64,000 nt of DNA from Eledone cirrhosa. Its lineage: Eukaryota. Shown in pieces: positions 13,032-26,292 of the stretch (the stretch's first letter is position 1; each line of letters begins with the position of its first letter). The notes under the pieces are model-generated. The model had not been told where the DNA came from. It did not search any database and was given only the letters and a program-made list of their open reading frames with translations. A program made the position numbers and the translations under genes. The stretch covers positions 35,526,001 to 35,590,000 of the forward strand of contig OZ024746.1 in NCBI GenBank assembly GCA_964016885.1, in the 5' to 3' direction.

Positions 13032-16000
13032 AGCTGCATTTATCTTTCTTTATGTTCATACGAGTTATCACCAAGTCACAACCAGTGACCTCAAGAGACA
13101 ACAAGGTCCGCCATATTCAAGAAAGAACATACATACTCACACATGCATCTTTAGGTGTTTAGACTTGTGATGTACTTATATTGACAGAATCTTCCTTAGT
13201 ATATGGGCAGTTCCCATTAGTACTATCTTTTGTATTTCTTCCTGGGATTTGCGATAAGTAATCATTAGACCCCTTAGGTATCATTCCTAGAACGCCTACA
13301 ACCACTGGTATTGTTTTAGTTCTCAATTTCCACATTTTTCCAATTTCTATATCCAGGTCCTTATACTTGCTCAATTTTTCAAATGTTTTTTATAGATACG
13401 TTCTTAACTATTGGAACGGACGTATCAATTATCAGGCATACCCTCTTTTTAAAGTCCTTCATTATTATATCAGGTATATTTGCATCTATTTTTCGGTCTG
13501 TTTGGATGCTAAAGTTCCACAAGATTGAGATGTGATCTCTTTCAAGTATGGGACGTGGTTGATGCTCCCAACAATCCTTTTGATGGGGCAGGTCAAAATG
13601 CTTACACATTATCCAATGTATGTATTGTGCAGCTCTGTCATGCCTGTTTAGGTATTCGGTTGGAGCTATAGGACTGCACATTGAAATTATATGATCGATG
13701 GTCTCTGGTCGTTTTTTACATACACGGCATAATGGGTTGCATCCATTTTTTATTATGTTGGCTTGGTAATTTTTTGTTGGCAGAAACTGTTCTTGTGCTG
13801 ACGTAATCAATCCTTCAATCTCCGATTTCAGTCCAGAGGATGCCAACCACTGATGGATTAAAGTTTTGTCAACATCAGGATTGTTAGCTCTTTGGGGGTA
13901 TTTTCCATACAAAGGCTTTTCTTGCCATTTCTTAGCCAGTTTCTGTAGCAGTTCTTTATTTGCAGTTACTTTTACCTGCTTTGCATTTTCTGTGTTTTCA
14001 TTTCAGCAGTAAATGGAACTTCTGAGATTTGTAGTCCATTACTGTATCTTTGTGCATCTTTTGTAATGGATTATGATCTTTTGATGCTTTCGTGTTTCAA
14101 AACGACTTTGATCATCCAATCATGTGATTCCCTTAGATATGTAGATAATCCAATTGTTGCAGTTTTCAACGCAATATCTAACTGGATTAACCCACGCCCT
14201 CCTTCTTTCCTAGATATTCTATCTGTATCTGCCTTAGGGTGATGCATTCTGTGCATGGTTAAGAATTTTCTAATTTTTGTATCGAGCCTACGGATCTTTG
14301 TGCTTGACCAGTTGATGACATTGTAACTGTACGTTACTACTCGTATGGCAAGCGTGTTTATGGCATCGATCCTTTTCCTTGCATTCAATTCCGTTCTTAA
14401 GATTGCTCTTACTCTGCGGTAACATTCCTTCCTTATCCTCTCCCTCATTTTCGAAGTGCTTGATTCCGTCTCCTTCACAAACACCTATATATTTGTAAGT
14501 TTCCTCTTGATCAAGTTCTCTTATCAAATCCCCCTGATTAAGATTAATGTCTGAACTTTTCAGCAGCTTTCCTCTTGTGAACGTTGCTTTGGCGCATTTA
14601 TCTAGTCCAAACTACATTTTAATGTCATCACTGAACTGCTTCACATTGGATATTAGCCCTTGCAATTGTTCATCATTTTCTTGCAAATAGTTTCAGGTCA
14701 TCCATGTAGAAAAGGTGACTAATGATTTTGTCACAGACTTTATATCCATGTTCTGTTTCATTGAGCATTTTACTTAATGGTATAAGCGCGATGCAGAATA
14801 AAAGTGGTGATAAAGTGTCACCCTGAACAATTCCACAATTAATATTAACTTCTCCAGCTTCCAGTGATTTTGTTTTCACTATTCAAAAGGAGTGTCGTTT
14901 TCTATGTCTTCATACTGAATGAGAGGAACCTCCTGACAACGGGAGATATTTTGAAAATCTCTAAACATTTTTCAATCCAATTTTGTGGCAAACTATCGAA
15001 TGCTTTTTTATAATCTATCCAAGCAATTGATAGATTTTTGTGTCTATTATGACAATCTTCCAGTATCATTTTGTTAACCAAAAGCTGATCTTTACAGCCA
15101 TATGAGACTTACACCCTTTCTGCTCATTGGGAAATAGATCATTTGTTATCAGGTGGTGATATGTATATTCAGTTAGGAGTGATGTTAAAATCTTATACAT
15201 TGTGGTCTAGCAAGTTATCGGTCTGTAACATTTGGGATTGTTTGTCTCATCATTCTTCGGAAGTAGGAATGTAATGCCGTTAACTAGCCATGATGGTATC
15301 TTTTCTGGCTCCTTAACTATTTCATTGTAATGTTGGGCTAAAAGCTCACGAGACTCTGTGAAGGCCAATTATCCAAAAATTTGGTATTTTGTCTTTTCCT
15401 GGGGATTTTCATTTGCTGGTTTTTCTAAGAGCCAAACGCAACTGTTCAACTGTTATATTTTCCCATGTTATGTTTGTTCCTCAAGGTGAGCTGTTTCATT
15501 CATTTGTCTGTCTATCCATGGGGCATGTCTATTATGAACTTTTTCTTCAGCCCAGATCTTTTCCCATAATTCTTGCACTTCCTCCTTGGGTGGTATTGAT
15601 TTAGCAGTTATTGTGGACTTGCCAATTTTTCTATAGAATTTTCTTTGGTTGTTTTTGAACATATTATTGTCCTTATAGAATCTAGATCGTTTTTCAAAGC
15701 GCCTTATACGAGCAGTTTTGGCCGACACTTTTTGCCTGATTATTTGTATCAGCATGTATATGCCACTTGATGATTTTATACTGTATTTTCTTTTCAATTT
15801 TCTAAGTTTAGGTTGTTTAACATGTTCACCTACTTTGTAGTTTGTTAAAATTTCTATGTCATATCGGAGAAGTTTTATTTGGTGATTGATTTTTTCTTGC
15901 CAAGTAGATTTCTTGTGGGAATTCCTTTGTTTTTTCATTTTCACTCCACATAACTGAGTGGTGACTTTAGCCGATGCATAATAGAGATGATTTAGATCAG

Positions 16001-16540
16001 TAATGTTTAGTTTGTTTGTGATGATAATGTTTTTCAGAATTATGTTAGTTTTGTGTATTATCTTATGGTTCTGTTTGGAGCTCTGGATCTTAGGGAGAGT
16101 GTCTCGTTCCCCCATGTCAGTTTCTTTCATTTTCATCCATTCGATCATAATTTCATCCTTCAAGTTGGTAAGTTCATTCTCATTCATTTCTTTATCATTT
16201 ATGATCTCATTGTTTTCATTTTGTGTTTCATCTTGAGCATGCACTCCCTCTACTTTTTCGATCCTTTCTTTAATTTGTTCTCCTGTCAGTGATTCAACCC
16301 CAACCTTGGGATTCGAAGAGTTACAATTTACCTCGTTTTCACTGACACATGTTACATTTTCCCTTCGCTGACTTTGTGCTAATAGCTTGATTTGATCAAT
16401 TTCTATATCAGTTAGTAACTTTTTTTTTACAATATTTCTTCGTATATTGGCTAGTGTGTTACAGTCAATATAGCCTCTGTTTTCGGGATGTTTCTTTTTC
16501 CAGTTGATATATGTCTGTTCTGTATTCGTTCTATTTGATG
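13031..16540 (-). mobile_element. R4/Dong-like RLE-type non-LTR retrotransposon, decayed and 5'-truncated
   Basis: RT GIVQGDTLSPLLF, HLFYMDDLKLF; CCHC CRVCKKRPETIDHIISMC; RHD; PDIIMKD; KYKDL...IPVVVGVLG; 3' end runs into (AAT)n. Confidence 0.85.
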
Positions 16541-16544
16541 GGAA

Positions 16545-18339
16545 TACAACTACATCACCAATTCAAAAGCAGAACCAGCCACTTCTACGGTATCCCCAAG
16601 ACACACAAAAGCGAAGTAATAGGTAGGGCCTGCAAGCACGCCACAGCTGTTTAAATCAATACAGCCCCTCCTGATGACCTTAAATTAAGACCAATAATAG
16701 CAGGCACCAGATTTGAAACCCACTGCCTAAGCAACTTCCTAGATATTCTGCTTAAACCTTTCCTAAAACACATAAAAAGCTTCATAAGGGACGACCTTTA
16801 CATGCTCAACCACCTCACAACAAGACTCAATAATGAACATACCCTATTAGTAACCTTTGATGTCATCAATTTATATTCCAATATCCCACACAACCTAGGT
16901 ATAGAGGCAATACCATTCTGGATGGATAATTTCCCTAGGGAACTCCCACAGCGCATCCGTAAAGAATTTGTGTTGGTGGGACTCAAATTCATCGTGGAAA
17001 ATAATTTCTTCGAATTCAATGCCAAATACTACAGATAGAATTATGGGACTGCCATGAGCACGAAAATGGCCGCCTCATACGCCAACCTTGTCATGAGATA
17101 TTTGGAAACCACTCTCTACCGCAAAGTTCTAGACAAATGCGGAAACCACTTCTACCAACACATAGAAAAGAACTGGAAGAGATATCTGGCCGACTGCTTC
17201 ATCCTCTGGCATGAAAGTATAGAAAGACTGTTGAGTTTAAAACCCTTCGGAATGGACTCAACACAAACTTACAATTCACAATGGATTACAGCCATGAACA
17301 ACTTCCTTTCCTCGACATCCTCATCAAGAAAACAAGCAACGAAATAGAAACAGACATATGTTTTGACCTGCTCAGGTTGTCAAGAGCACTACATAGGACA
17401 GACAAAAATTAGCCTCCGTCAACGTAAGACCGTCCATAAATCACAAATTAAAATACAGGAATACAGAAAGATTGCATTCAGTGAACATATCGCAAATTGT
17501 GCTCACAACCAACATCCAAACCTTAAAATTTTCCCCATTTAGAAATTCATAGACATCGCTACTTTCATCCAACGTACCAATAAGGAAACATAATTCATTA
17601 ACAAATTCCAACCTTTATTTAATGCTCTAAAAATCGGACCGATCTAAAACAGCAACAAACAATAAAACATTTACAAGAGTTACCTCCCTCACACCCTACC
17701 TAAACGTTTTTCTTAAATAAATTAAATATCATCCAGCAAGAATTGCTTCCCCCTGCATATTAACTGTCTAAAAAGGGAAATCATATCAAACCTCAGTCAA
17801 CCATTTGCCTCCATCATAGAATCATGAATCAACTAAACACTCTTGCTATATTAACACATTTTGGTCTGCTTAACTTCAAGAACTATGCCTGTAAATAACA
17901 TTATTTTTTCTTCCACATTGACTTGTTATGCTCTACATTATGCCCGTTCTCTTTTTCTTCTTTCTTTTTTTCTTTTTTCTTTTTTCTTTTCACTTCATAA
18001 ACATGGTTTGTAAATAACATTATTCTTTCTGCACCTTCTCTTTAACATGTGTGACACCACACTGATACATTTCACTATCATTTGATAATGGATAAAAATG
18101 CTGAAACCGGTAATAGACAATTATTAAATATATAAATAGATAAATAAATGTCATTGTTAAATAATAAATAAATCAACTAATACCTTAACACTTCATACAA
18201 AGTAAAACATTTCGTTTTAATCATTTTCTAACCCAGAAAAAAGAGAGAGAGAAACAAAAAAGGAGAAAACAATATATTTTTCTTCCTAATTTCATATATA
18301 TATCCAAAAAAGGAGAAAACAACATATTTTTCTCCCTGT

Positions 18340-18344
<5 letters not shown>
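16545..18344 (+). mobile_element. Penelope-like element (RT + GIY-YIG), truncated and internally deleted
   Basis: LLVTFDVINLYSNIPH, AMSTKMAASYANLVM, WKRYLADCF, LPFLDILI; then LTCSGCQEHYIGQT...H (GIY-YIG); 3' UTR ends at (TA)n. Confidence 0.85.
18075..18116 (+). ncRNA. Minimal hammerhead-like motif with U3:A8 core in the PLE 3' UTR
   Basis: TTGATAA, stem II hairpin (GCAT-AAAA-ATGC in the other copies), GAAACCGGTA; stem I imperfect; copies at 20300-20340 (-) and 20940-20981 (+). Confidence 0.55.
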
Positions 18345-18418
<74 letters not shown>

Positions 18419-18432
18419 AATATATATATACA

Positions 18433-18510
<78 letters not shown>

Positions 18511-18517
18511 CTAAGTT

Positions 18518-18604
18518 TTTCGAATATTAATAATACTATTCCATTTGTTTGTAATCATGCAAACAGCCTCTTTCAAGCCATGTCAGTATTATTAATATTC
18601 GAAA
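18518..18604. repeat. Small inverted repeat between (TA)n tracts
   Basis: TTTCGAATATTAATAATACT ... AGTATTATTAATATTCGAAA, 20-bp perfect arms. Confidence 0.75.
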
Positions 18605-18714
18605 CACTCATAATACATGTATTGTATTCAGCCATGTAGAGCGATAAACAATTTGTTAGTTATATATATATAATAGAGTTTTGTAGGTTGCGTGAAGTAT
18701 TTAAATGTGTTTTA

Positions 18715-18933
<219 letters not shown>

Positions 18934-19298
18934 TCCTACAAAGCGTCCTACATATAAATGTACGTACTGCATGTTGAATAATATAAAGGGTTTTTATGAA
19001 AATGTTTGAACGCCTTTTCCTATGATTCTTAAAGGTCGTGACCAATGTCACATACCCAACCACAGCAAAAACATGGAGAAGTAATGGGCGATGCCATCGT
19101 TTCTCACTTTTTAGCTGTTATCGAAATTATCTATCGCCCTGTTTTTACTGAACATAAACTAAGGTAGCAAAAATCTTATAGGTTTCTGTTTGTGTTTATG
19201 AGTTGATGAAAACCATTTGCATGTGAATCATGCTTAAAGTAAAAAAGAAAATGCGTTAGCGCTCATACATAGCGATATACTTTGAAACACCCACCCAT

Positions 19299-19362
<64 letters not shown>

Positions 19363-19546
19363 GGCAACGATGCTTGCTAAACACTGTACGGATTAATTCG
19401 GGATGTTTGTTTACAAACAAACCGAGCATTATAATAAATGTCGGTGAATCCATACATATATATATATATATGTGTGTGTGCATGTATGTATGTATATATA
19501 TACACATACTACTGTACGTCTGTATACATATATGTACGTATACATA

Positions 19547-19580
<34 letters not shown>

Positions 19581-19584
<4 letters not shown>

Positions 19585-19740
19585 AAAAGTTATGTCTCCG
19601 ACGGCAGAGCTCAAGCCGTGTCAACGGCTATTTCTGAACTAAATTATAATTGAGATCTACCGTCGGAGTCATACCTTTTCCTATTATCCACTCTACTACC
19701 CTAAGTATTGAGTACTCTTGTGTGTTATGGTCCTTCGTTA
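19581..19740 (+). mobile_element. Fold-back hairpin+tail element, family B (degraded copy)
   Basis: Shares GACGGCAGAGCTCAAGCCG and the tail CACTCTACTACCCTAAGTATTGAGTAC with other family B copies; TA-flanked. Confidence 0.75.
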
Positions 19741-19763
19741 TATATATATATATATATATATAT

Positions 19764-19958
19764 AACGAAGGAAATGTGGTAAGGAAACAGATGGACCATA
19801 AACCACCAAAGTACTCAATACTTAGGGTAGTAGGGTGGATAATAGGAACGAGTAGAACCCCGACGGCTGAGCTCAAACCGTTTCAACGGCTAATTCTGGA
19901 CGCAGAATTAGCCGTCGAAACGTCTTGAGCTCAGCCGTCGGGGTCTTACTCGTTCCTA
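19764..19958 (-). mobile_element. Fold-back hairpin+tail element, family B
   Basis: Hairpin 19843-19958 plus ~80-bp tail; TA-flanked. Confidence 0.85.
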
Positions 19959-20015
19959 TATATATATATATATATATGTATAATAATAAAATGTGAAGAG
20001 GAAGCACACGTGTTA

Positions 20016-20101
<86 letters not shown>

Positions 20102-20102
20102 G

Positions 20103-21173
20103 TGAGAACAGGGTGAAAGAGACGATTATTAGGAAGAAAAAAATATTTGTTTCCCTTTTTATTTCCTTCTCTCATTTTTCTGGGTTAGAAAATGACTAAA
20201 ACGAAATGTTTTACTTTGTGTGAAGTCTTAATATATTAGTTGATTTATTTATTAATTAATAATGGAATTTATTTATCTATTTATATATTTACTCATCGTC
20301 TAATACCGGTTTCAGCATTTTTATGCATTATCAAATGATATTAATATGTATTGGTGTAGAATGGCGGTGTTGCACGTGTTAAAGAAATGGTGCAGAAAGA
20401 ATCATTTTATTTACAAGTCGTGCAGAAAGAATAATGTTATTAATAAGTGAAAAGAAAAAAGAAAAAAGAAAAAAGAAAAAAGAAAAAAGAAAAAAAAGAA
20501 AAAGAAAAAAGAAAAAAGAAAAAAAGAAAAAAGAAAAAAGAAAAAAGAAAAAAGAAAAAAGAAAAAAGAAAAAAGAAAAAAGAAATAATAAAAAAAGAAA
20601 AAAAGAAAAAAAAGAAAAGAAAAAAGAAAAAAGAAAAAAAGGAACGTAATGAGGAGCATAACAAGTAATGTGAAAGAAAAATGAATGTTATTTACAGGCA
20701 GATCAAAATGTGTTAATATAGCAAGAGTGTTTAGTTGATCCATGATTCCATGATGGATCAAATATGCTTGCAAATAACACTATTTTTTCTTTCACTTTGA
20801 CTTTTTATGCTTCACATTACGCCCCCTTTTTTTTTCTTTTTTCTTTTCACTTCAATAACCTTGTTTGTAAATAACATTATTCTTTCTGCACCATTTCTTT
20901 AACATGTGCAACAGCACCATTCTACACCAATACATATCACTATCATTTGATAATGCATAAAAATGCTGAAACCGCTAATAGACAATTATTAAATATATAA
21001 ATGGATAAATAAATTCCATTATTAATTAATAAATAAATCAACTAATACTTTAACACTTCACACAAAGTAAAACATTTCGTTTTAAACAGTTTCTAACCCA
21101 GAAAAAAGAGAGAAGGAGATAAAAAGGGGAACAAATATTTATTTCTTTCTAATAATCGTCTCTTTCTCCCTGT

Positions 21174-21178
<5 letters not shown>
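20103..21178. mobile_element. Inverted pair of PLE 3' ends (same family as 16545-18344)
   Basis: 20103-20760 is the reverse complement and 20770-21178 a direct copy of ~17815-18344; (TA)n on both sides; expanded (GAAAAAA)n at 20450-20640. Confidence 0.85.
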
Positions 21179-21232
<54 letters not shown>

Positions 21233-22124
21233 CATGTGTGCGTGTGTGTGTGTGCGTGTGTGTGTGTTTGTGTATGTGTGTGTGTGTGTGTGTGTATGTG
21301 TGTGTATGTATACATACACCACCTAAATGGGATTCCTCCGATTAACCGTACTCCATAAAGTGCATAGCTCGGAGATAAGAGCGTCACTACAGGTAGAGAC
21401 TGTAATTCTCCGCATTGAGAAACAACTGTTCCGATACTATGGGCATGAGGTTTGAATGTGTCAGGAAATATTCGTTGGATAAATTTTACGGGTAAAATCA
21501 AATCACCTCGCCACAAAAACACCAAAACCACTACCACTCTAACACAAAGAACCTGATACTACACCGATAAAGTTCACACCTTTACAACTACATCGCATTC
21601 ATTAAACCTCGACCACAACACCACGGGGATACCATTGCAAAATACCGCCTTTACACTATCGACAATAATTAGAACTCCATATATATCATTATCATTTCCA
21701 TTTCATTAATTAGCACACCATCACCCTTTACATTCTCCTGTATAACGAAGCCATAAGCACAATATTACAGACATTATATATAGTACGACTCCAAACGCCA
21801 CCATAACATTTTAAGACACCAGTTTCACAATGATTATTACACTTCTTACTTTCGTCATCACCATACCCTTAACAATAACCTCGTCCTTCATTTCAGTTAC
21901 TGGTGACAGACAAGCATTAGGATTACATTTCAATTTCTATGGAACCTGTCAGACGAAGAAATTCAATCTAATCGATTTGCCGATTTGCATAATTATACAG
22001 ACTGATTGATTCATACAGTTCTTTTAATACAACATTGAAATCAATAATTTTCTGTCGACTGCAAGTATTATATTAACCTCACTCTATTCCCATCTTCTCT
22101 ATTTCTTTTACCTACCAGCATATA

Positions 22125-22179
<55 letters not shown>

Positions 22180-22181
<2 letters not shown>

Positions 22182-22744
22182 GTGCAACCACGCAGTTTTC
22201 CTCTTTCTTCCCATGTTATTAATACATATTTACCTCGACTGCGATTGTCTGTTTCTCTCTTTCTGCTCCCCCGTTCTCTCTGTTTCTCTCACCTTCTTTC
22301 GCCCCATCTGTCAGTTACACTTTCTCTCGACTGACCTCTTCTTCGCACTTCCACTCACTCACTCTCTGTTTCTCCCCTTCTCACTTCCTCCCGTTCGTAA
22401 GTAGTGGGATTCTTTCTTTCTCACATCTCATTCACGTCGGACGGTCTGTTTTCTGACCGCTCATGAAATTCACCCACCATATGCTGACCGATAACCATCA
22501 TGTTGCTTGCTTTTTTCCTACCTTCGGTTTGCTTTTCCTTCTATGTTGTTTACTTGTCTCACTCGCTTTACGCGATTCACTTGTCCCAATAGCTTATTTT
22601 AGTTATTGCTCGCACCAACCTGAGGTATATGATTTTTAATGCGATGAAATACCAATGATGGTTGGAAAATCACTGATGAGGGTCTAATTTTATAATATGT
22701 AACCCATGTGCAACGACGCAGTTTTCCTCTTTCTTCCCATGTTT
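22180..22744 (+). mobile_element. ~565-bp TA-flanked element with ~37-bp terminal direct repeats
   Basis: ATGTGCAACCACGCAGTTTTCCTCTTTCTTCCCATGTT at 22180 and, with one mismatch, at 22706; CTGATGA at 22673. Confidence 0.6.
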
Positions 22745-22828
22745 TATATATATACACACATATATATATATATATATGTATGTATATATATATATGTATG
22801 TACATATATATATGTATGTATATATATA

Positions 22829-22859
<31 letters not shown>

Positions 22860-22975
22860 ATATACATATATACATACATACATATATATATATATACATA
22901 TATACATACATACATATATATATATACATACATATATATATATATAAATATATATATATATAAATATATATATAA

Positions 22976-23092
<117 letters not shown>

Positions 23093-23389
23093 TATACATA
23101 TATGTGTCGACTTGTCTTTTACACACGCGCACACTTCCACCAACATTAAAGTATCTTGGAAGATCTTTGTAGACACTATTAATAATATATGTACAAAACA
23201 CACCCCACCAAAACCTGTGAACAAAACCAAGTGTAGTATCCCCCAAAACAGAAAAACAATTATCAGAAAAATAAAAAGAACAAACAACAAAATCCACACG
23301 CCAACAGCAACACACACATTCAATGGCTATCACCCTGCTTGAGTAAAAAAAAATATAACCTCCAGCAATGCATGATGACAATCATCGAT

Positions 23390-25300
23390 AACCAGAGAAT
23401 AGCTGAAGTGAGGTGGGCCATTGAGAACAATCAAACTCAACCCCAAAGTGTTCTTCTCATTCGCTAAAAAACACATGGTCACCGTCTCCACTGTTGGCCC
23501 TCTAGTTGATGAAAATGGCACACTCCAGGACAATGCCAAAATCAAGGGCGAGATACTGCAGAAACAATACTTCTGTTTTCAGCAACCCTGATATGGCCGA
23601 TCTGGGTCGTATCAGTGATATTAACCCCCAACACAATATATCAGACATAACGTTTGGCGTCCCTGATGACTTAGCGGCAATAAACGAAATTAAACACAAT
23701 TCAGCAGTAGGCCCCGACATGTTCACTGCTTGTGTCCTGAAGGTGTTTCGACACGAACTTGCAACTCCTCTTGCTAATCTGTTGAGGAACTCACTGGACA
23801 CTGGCTATATTCCTGAAAACTTTCTGTCCCACTCCGTTGTCCCAGTCTTCAAAGAAGGAAATTAGTCCCTTGCAGTGAACTACCGTCCGATTTCACTCAC
23901 CTCTCATATTATCAAGGTATTTGAGAGGGTGGTGAGATCACCATAACCCACTTTCTTGAAAGCAACGGTCTGCTGAACTCCAACCAACCTGGGTTCCGTA
24001 ATGGAAGGGACTGCCTAACACAGCTCCTGCATCACTTTGATGATGTTTTGAGAGCCTTGGGAGAGGGCTCCAACACTGATGTCATCTACCTTGATTTCAG
24101 CAAGGCTTTCGACAGGGTTGATCAAAATATTCTACTGAACAAACTATCCAATGTTGATGTCTCTGGAAGGTTACTACAGAGGATCAAATGTTTCCTGACA
24201 GGCAGAACCCAGCATGTTGTAGTCGAAGGAGTAACATCAAGCCCTGCCAAAGGCAGCAGTGGCGTCCCACAAGGCACTGTGTTGGGCCCACTTCTTTTAA
24301 TCATCTACGTTAATGACATTACTGACATCATCAAACAGAGCAACATCAGAATCTTCGCAGATGTTTCCAAGCTCCAAAGGGTCATCAATGAGGTGGGTGA
24401 CCGGACTTGCCTTCAGTCAGACCTGCTGGCTGAGATGAATAATATGCTGTTGAATGAGGATAAATTTGAACTAATCCAGTTTGGAAAAAAGGATGCCCTG
24501 GAACTACCATACTCTCTTCCTTCGGGTGAACCTTTAGTGGCTTCCAGAGACCTGGGAGTAATTGTGGACAACAATATAAGCCGGGCCACTCATATAAACA
24601 GCAAAGTTGCTTTGGGTTGCAGAATGTGTTCCTGGATTCTCAGAATTTTCCAGTCGAGAGATATCCACACTGTTGTCCTTCTCTTCTCCACTTTTGCCCG
24701 ACCCCACCTTGAATACTGTTGTCCACTGTGGTCACCCCACATGAAACAAAGTATTATGAAAGTTAAGGCACCCCAAAGGTCAATTACAAAAAAGATAGTT
24801 GGCATGACAGGCCTTGAATATTGGTGTCGATTAGAAAAGATCAAATTTATTCTCTTCAAAGTCGCCGTGAGCGCTACATTATCTGTATGATGTGGAAAAT
24901 ATTCCATCAGCTTCGCCCAAATGATGTTGGCATCACCATTAGTGTACACCCAAGGCTTGGGCCCCGTGATATCCTCCCACAACAAAAATCCTACTCGCAT
25001 CACATAACAACAGTACGGCAAAATTATTTCACCTTAATTGGCCCTGCACTCTTTAACATTACACCAAAACACATCAAAGCAGAGACAGGTCCCATCAAGT
25101 TCAAGAAGTCTTTTGATAAATTCCGTCAAGAAATTCCGGATAAGCCTCCTACACCCGGATATGCCTCCGTAAGCAATAACTCTCTGCTCGAGTGGGCCAT
25201 GGTGCCCAAACACTGATTTGTAAGACTTCGCCAGGTGGTGCTATTAAGTTAGACATGGCCTGGGCCAATACTGGCCGAAACCTATCAAAATTATCAAAGT
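23390..25300 (+). mobile_element. CR1-clade LINE 3' portion (RT pseudogene)
   Basis: NYRPISLTSHIIKVFERVV, YLDFSKAFDRVD, SGVPQGTVLGPLL, IFADVSK, RPHLEYCCPLWSP; stops and frameshifts. Confidence 0.85.
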
Positions 25301-25396
25301 TATACATATATACATACATACATATATATATATATATAAACATATATACATACATATATACATACGTACATATTATTACATATATATATATATATA

Positions 25397-25976
25397 TATG
25401 AAAGAAGGAAGTTATAGTTCACTTGAAGCATTGTGTTATGAGGTATAAACGTTTGTATTTGTAAAGCCAAAACAATGCAGGTATAGACATAGAATATAAA
25501 TGCAAATGCAAAGATATTGTTGACAATTAGTCTTTTATCTTAAATTTATTTAAATGTCCTTAATTTTCGAGATAATATCTCTTCTTCGGAGGGGAGTAAA
25601 GCGGTTAAACCAGTGTTCTAAATAGCTTGCCAAGTGATGCTGACAGGAAATGGTGTAGAATATCTGTTCTATCTCTAACCTTAACTCTTTGACATTAGAG
25701 ATATAACATATATTCAATACCATTTCCTGTCAGCATGAATTGGTAAGCTATTTAGAACACTGGTTGAACCGCTTTACTTCCCTCCGAAGAAGGGATATTA
25801 TCTCGAAAATTAAGGACATTTAAATAAATTTAAGGTAAAAGACTAATTGTCAACAATATCTTTGCATTTGCATTTATATTCTATGTCTATACCTGCATTG
25901 TTTTGGTTTTACAAATACAAACGTTTATACCTCATTACACAATGCTTCAAGTGAACTATAACTTCCTTCTTTCATA
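25397..25976. mobile_element. ~580-bp fold-back element (family C) in (TA)n
   Basis: Arms of ~280 bp (ATGAAAGAAGGAAGTTATAG ... CTATAACTTCCTTCTTTCAT), near-identical, short spacer around 25679-25694. Confidence 0.9.
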
Positions 25977-26033
25977 TATATATATGTATATATATATATG
26001 TATGTATATATATGAATGTATATATGTTTATAT

Positions 26034-26292
26034 TGTGCAGTGCCTTTGTTCACTATAAAAGCTTCATGGCACAGGCATTGCTTTATATCTGGAGATCTCT
26101 CTGCACTTGTCGTCACATGGTACCATGGGTCCAGCACTATGTGTCAATAATTGTCACAAGTGTCGTGTTTGTACCAGGGATTTCAAGTCGCTGGCTGGAC
26201 TAAAAAGACACACTCGTTCAGTGCATCGGTTGGGGTTCTCCTACATGGATATAAAGTAGTGGCCGTACTCGAAAATGAGTTGGCAGCCACCA
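26034..26292 (+). mobile_element. Truncated copy of an unclassified dispersed repeat (family R)
   Basis: Matches 50210-50471; ends GTTGGCAGCCACC next to a TA tract. Confidence 0.85.

Noticed and set aside
16671-16700. CTGATGA hits at 16671, 23683 and 32451
   Set aside because: Inside retroelement coding remnants (32451 encodes YADD); no matching GAAA and stems
21320-22120. Strand-biased AC-rich island (a GT-rich one also lies at 34140-34990)
   Set aside because: Probably retroelement UTR or ORF1 remnants, but no motif or second copy supports a call
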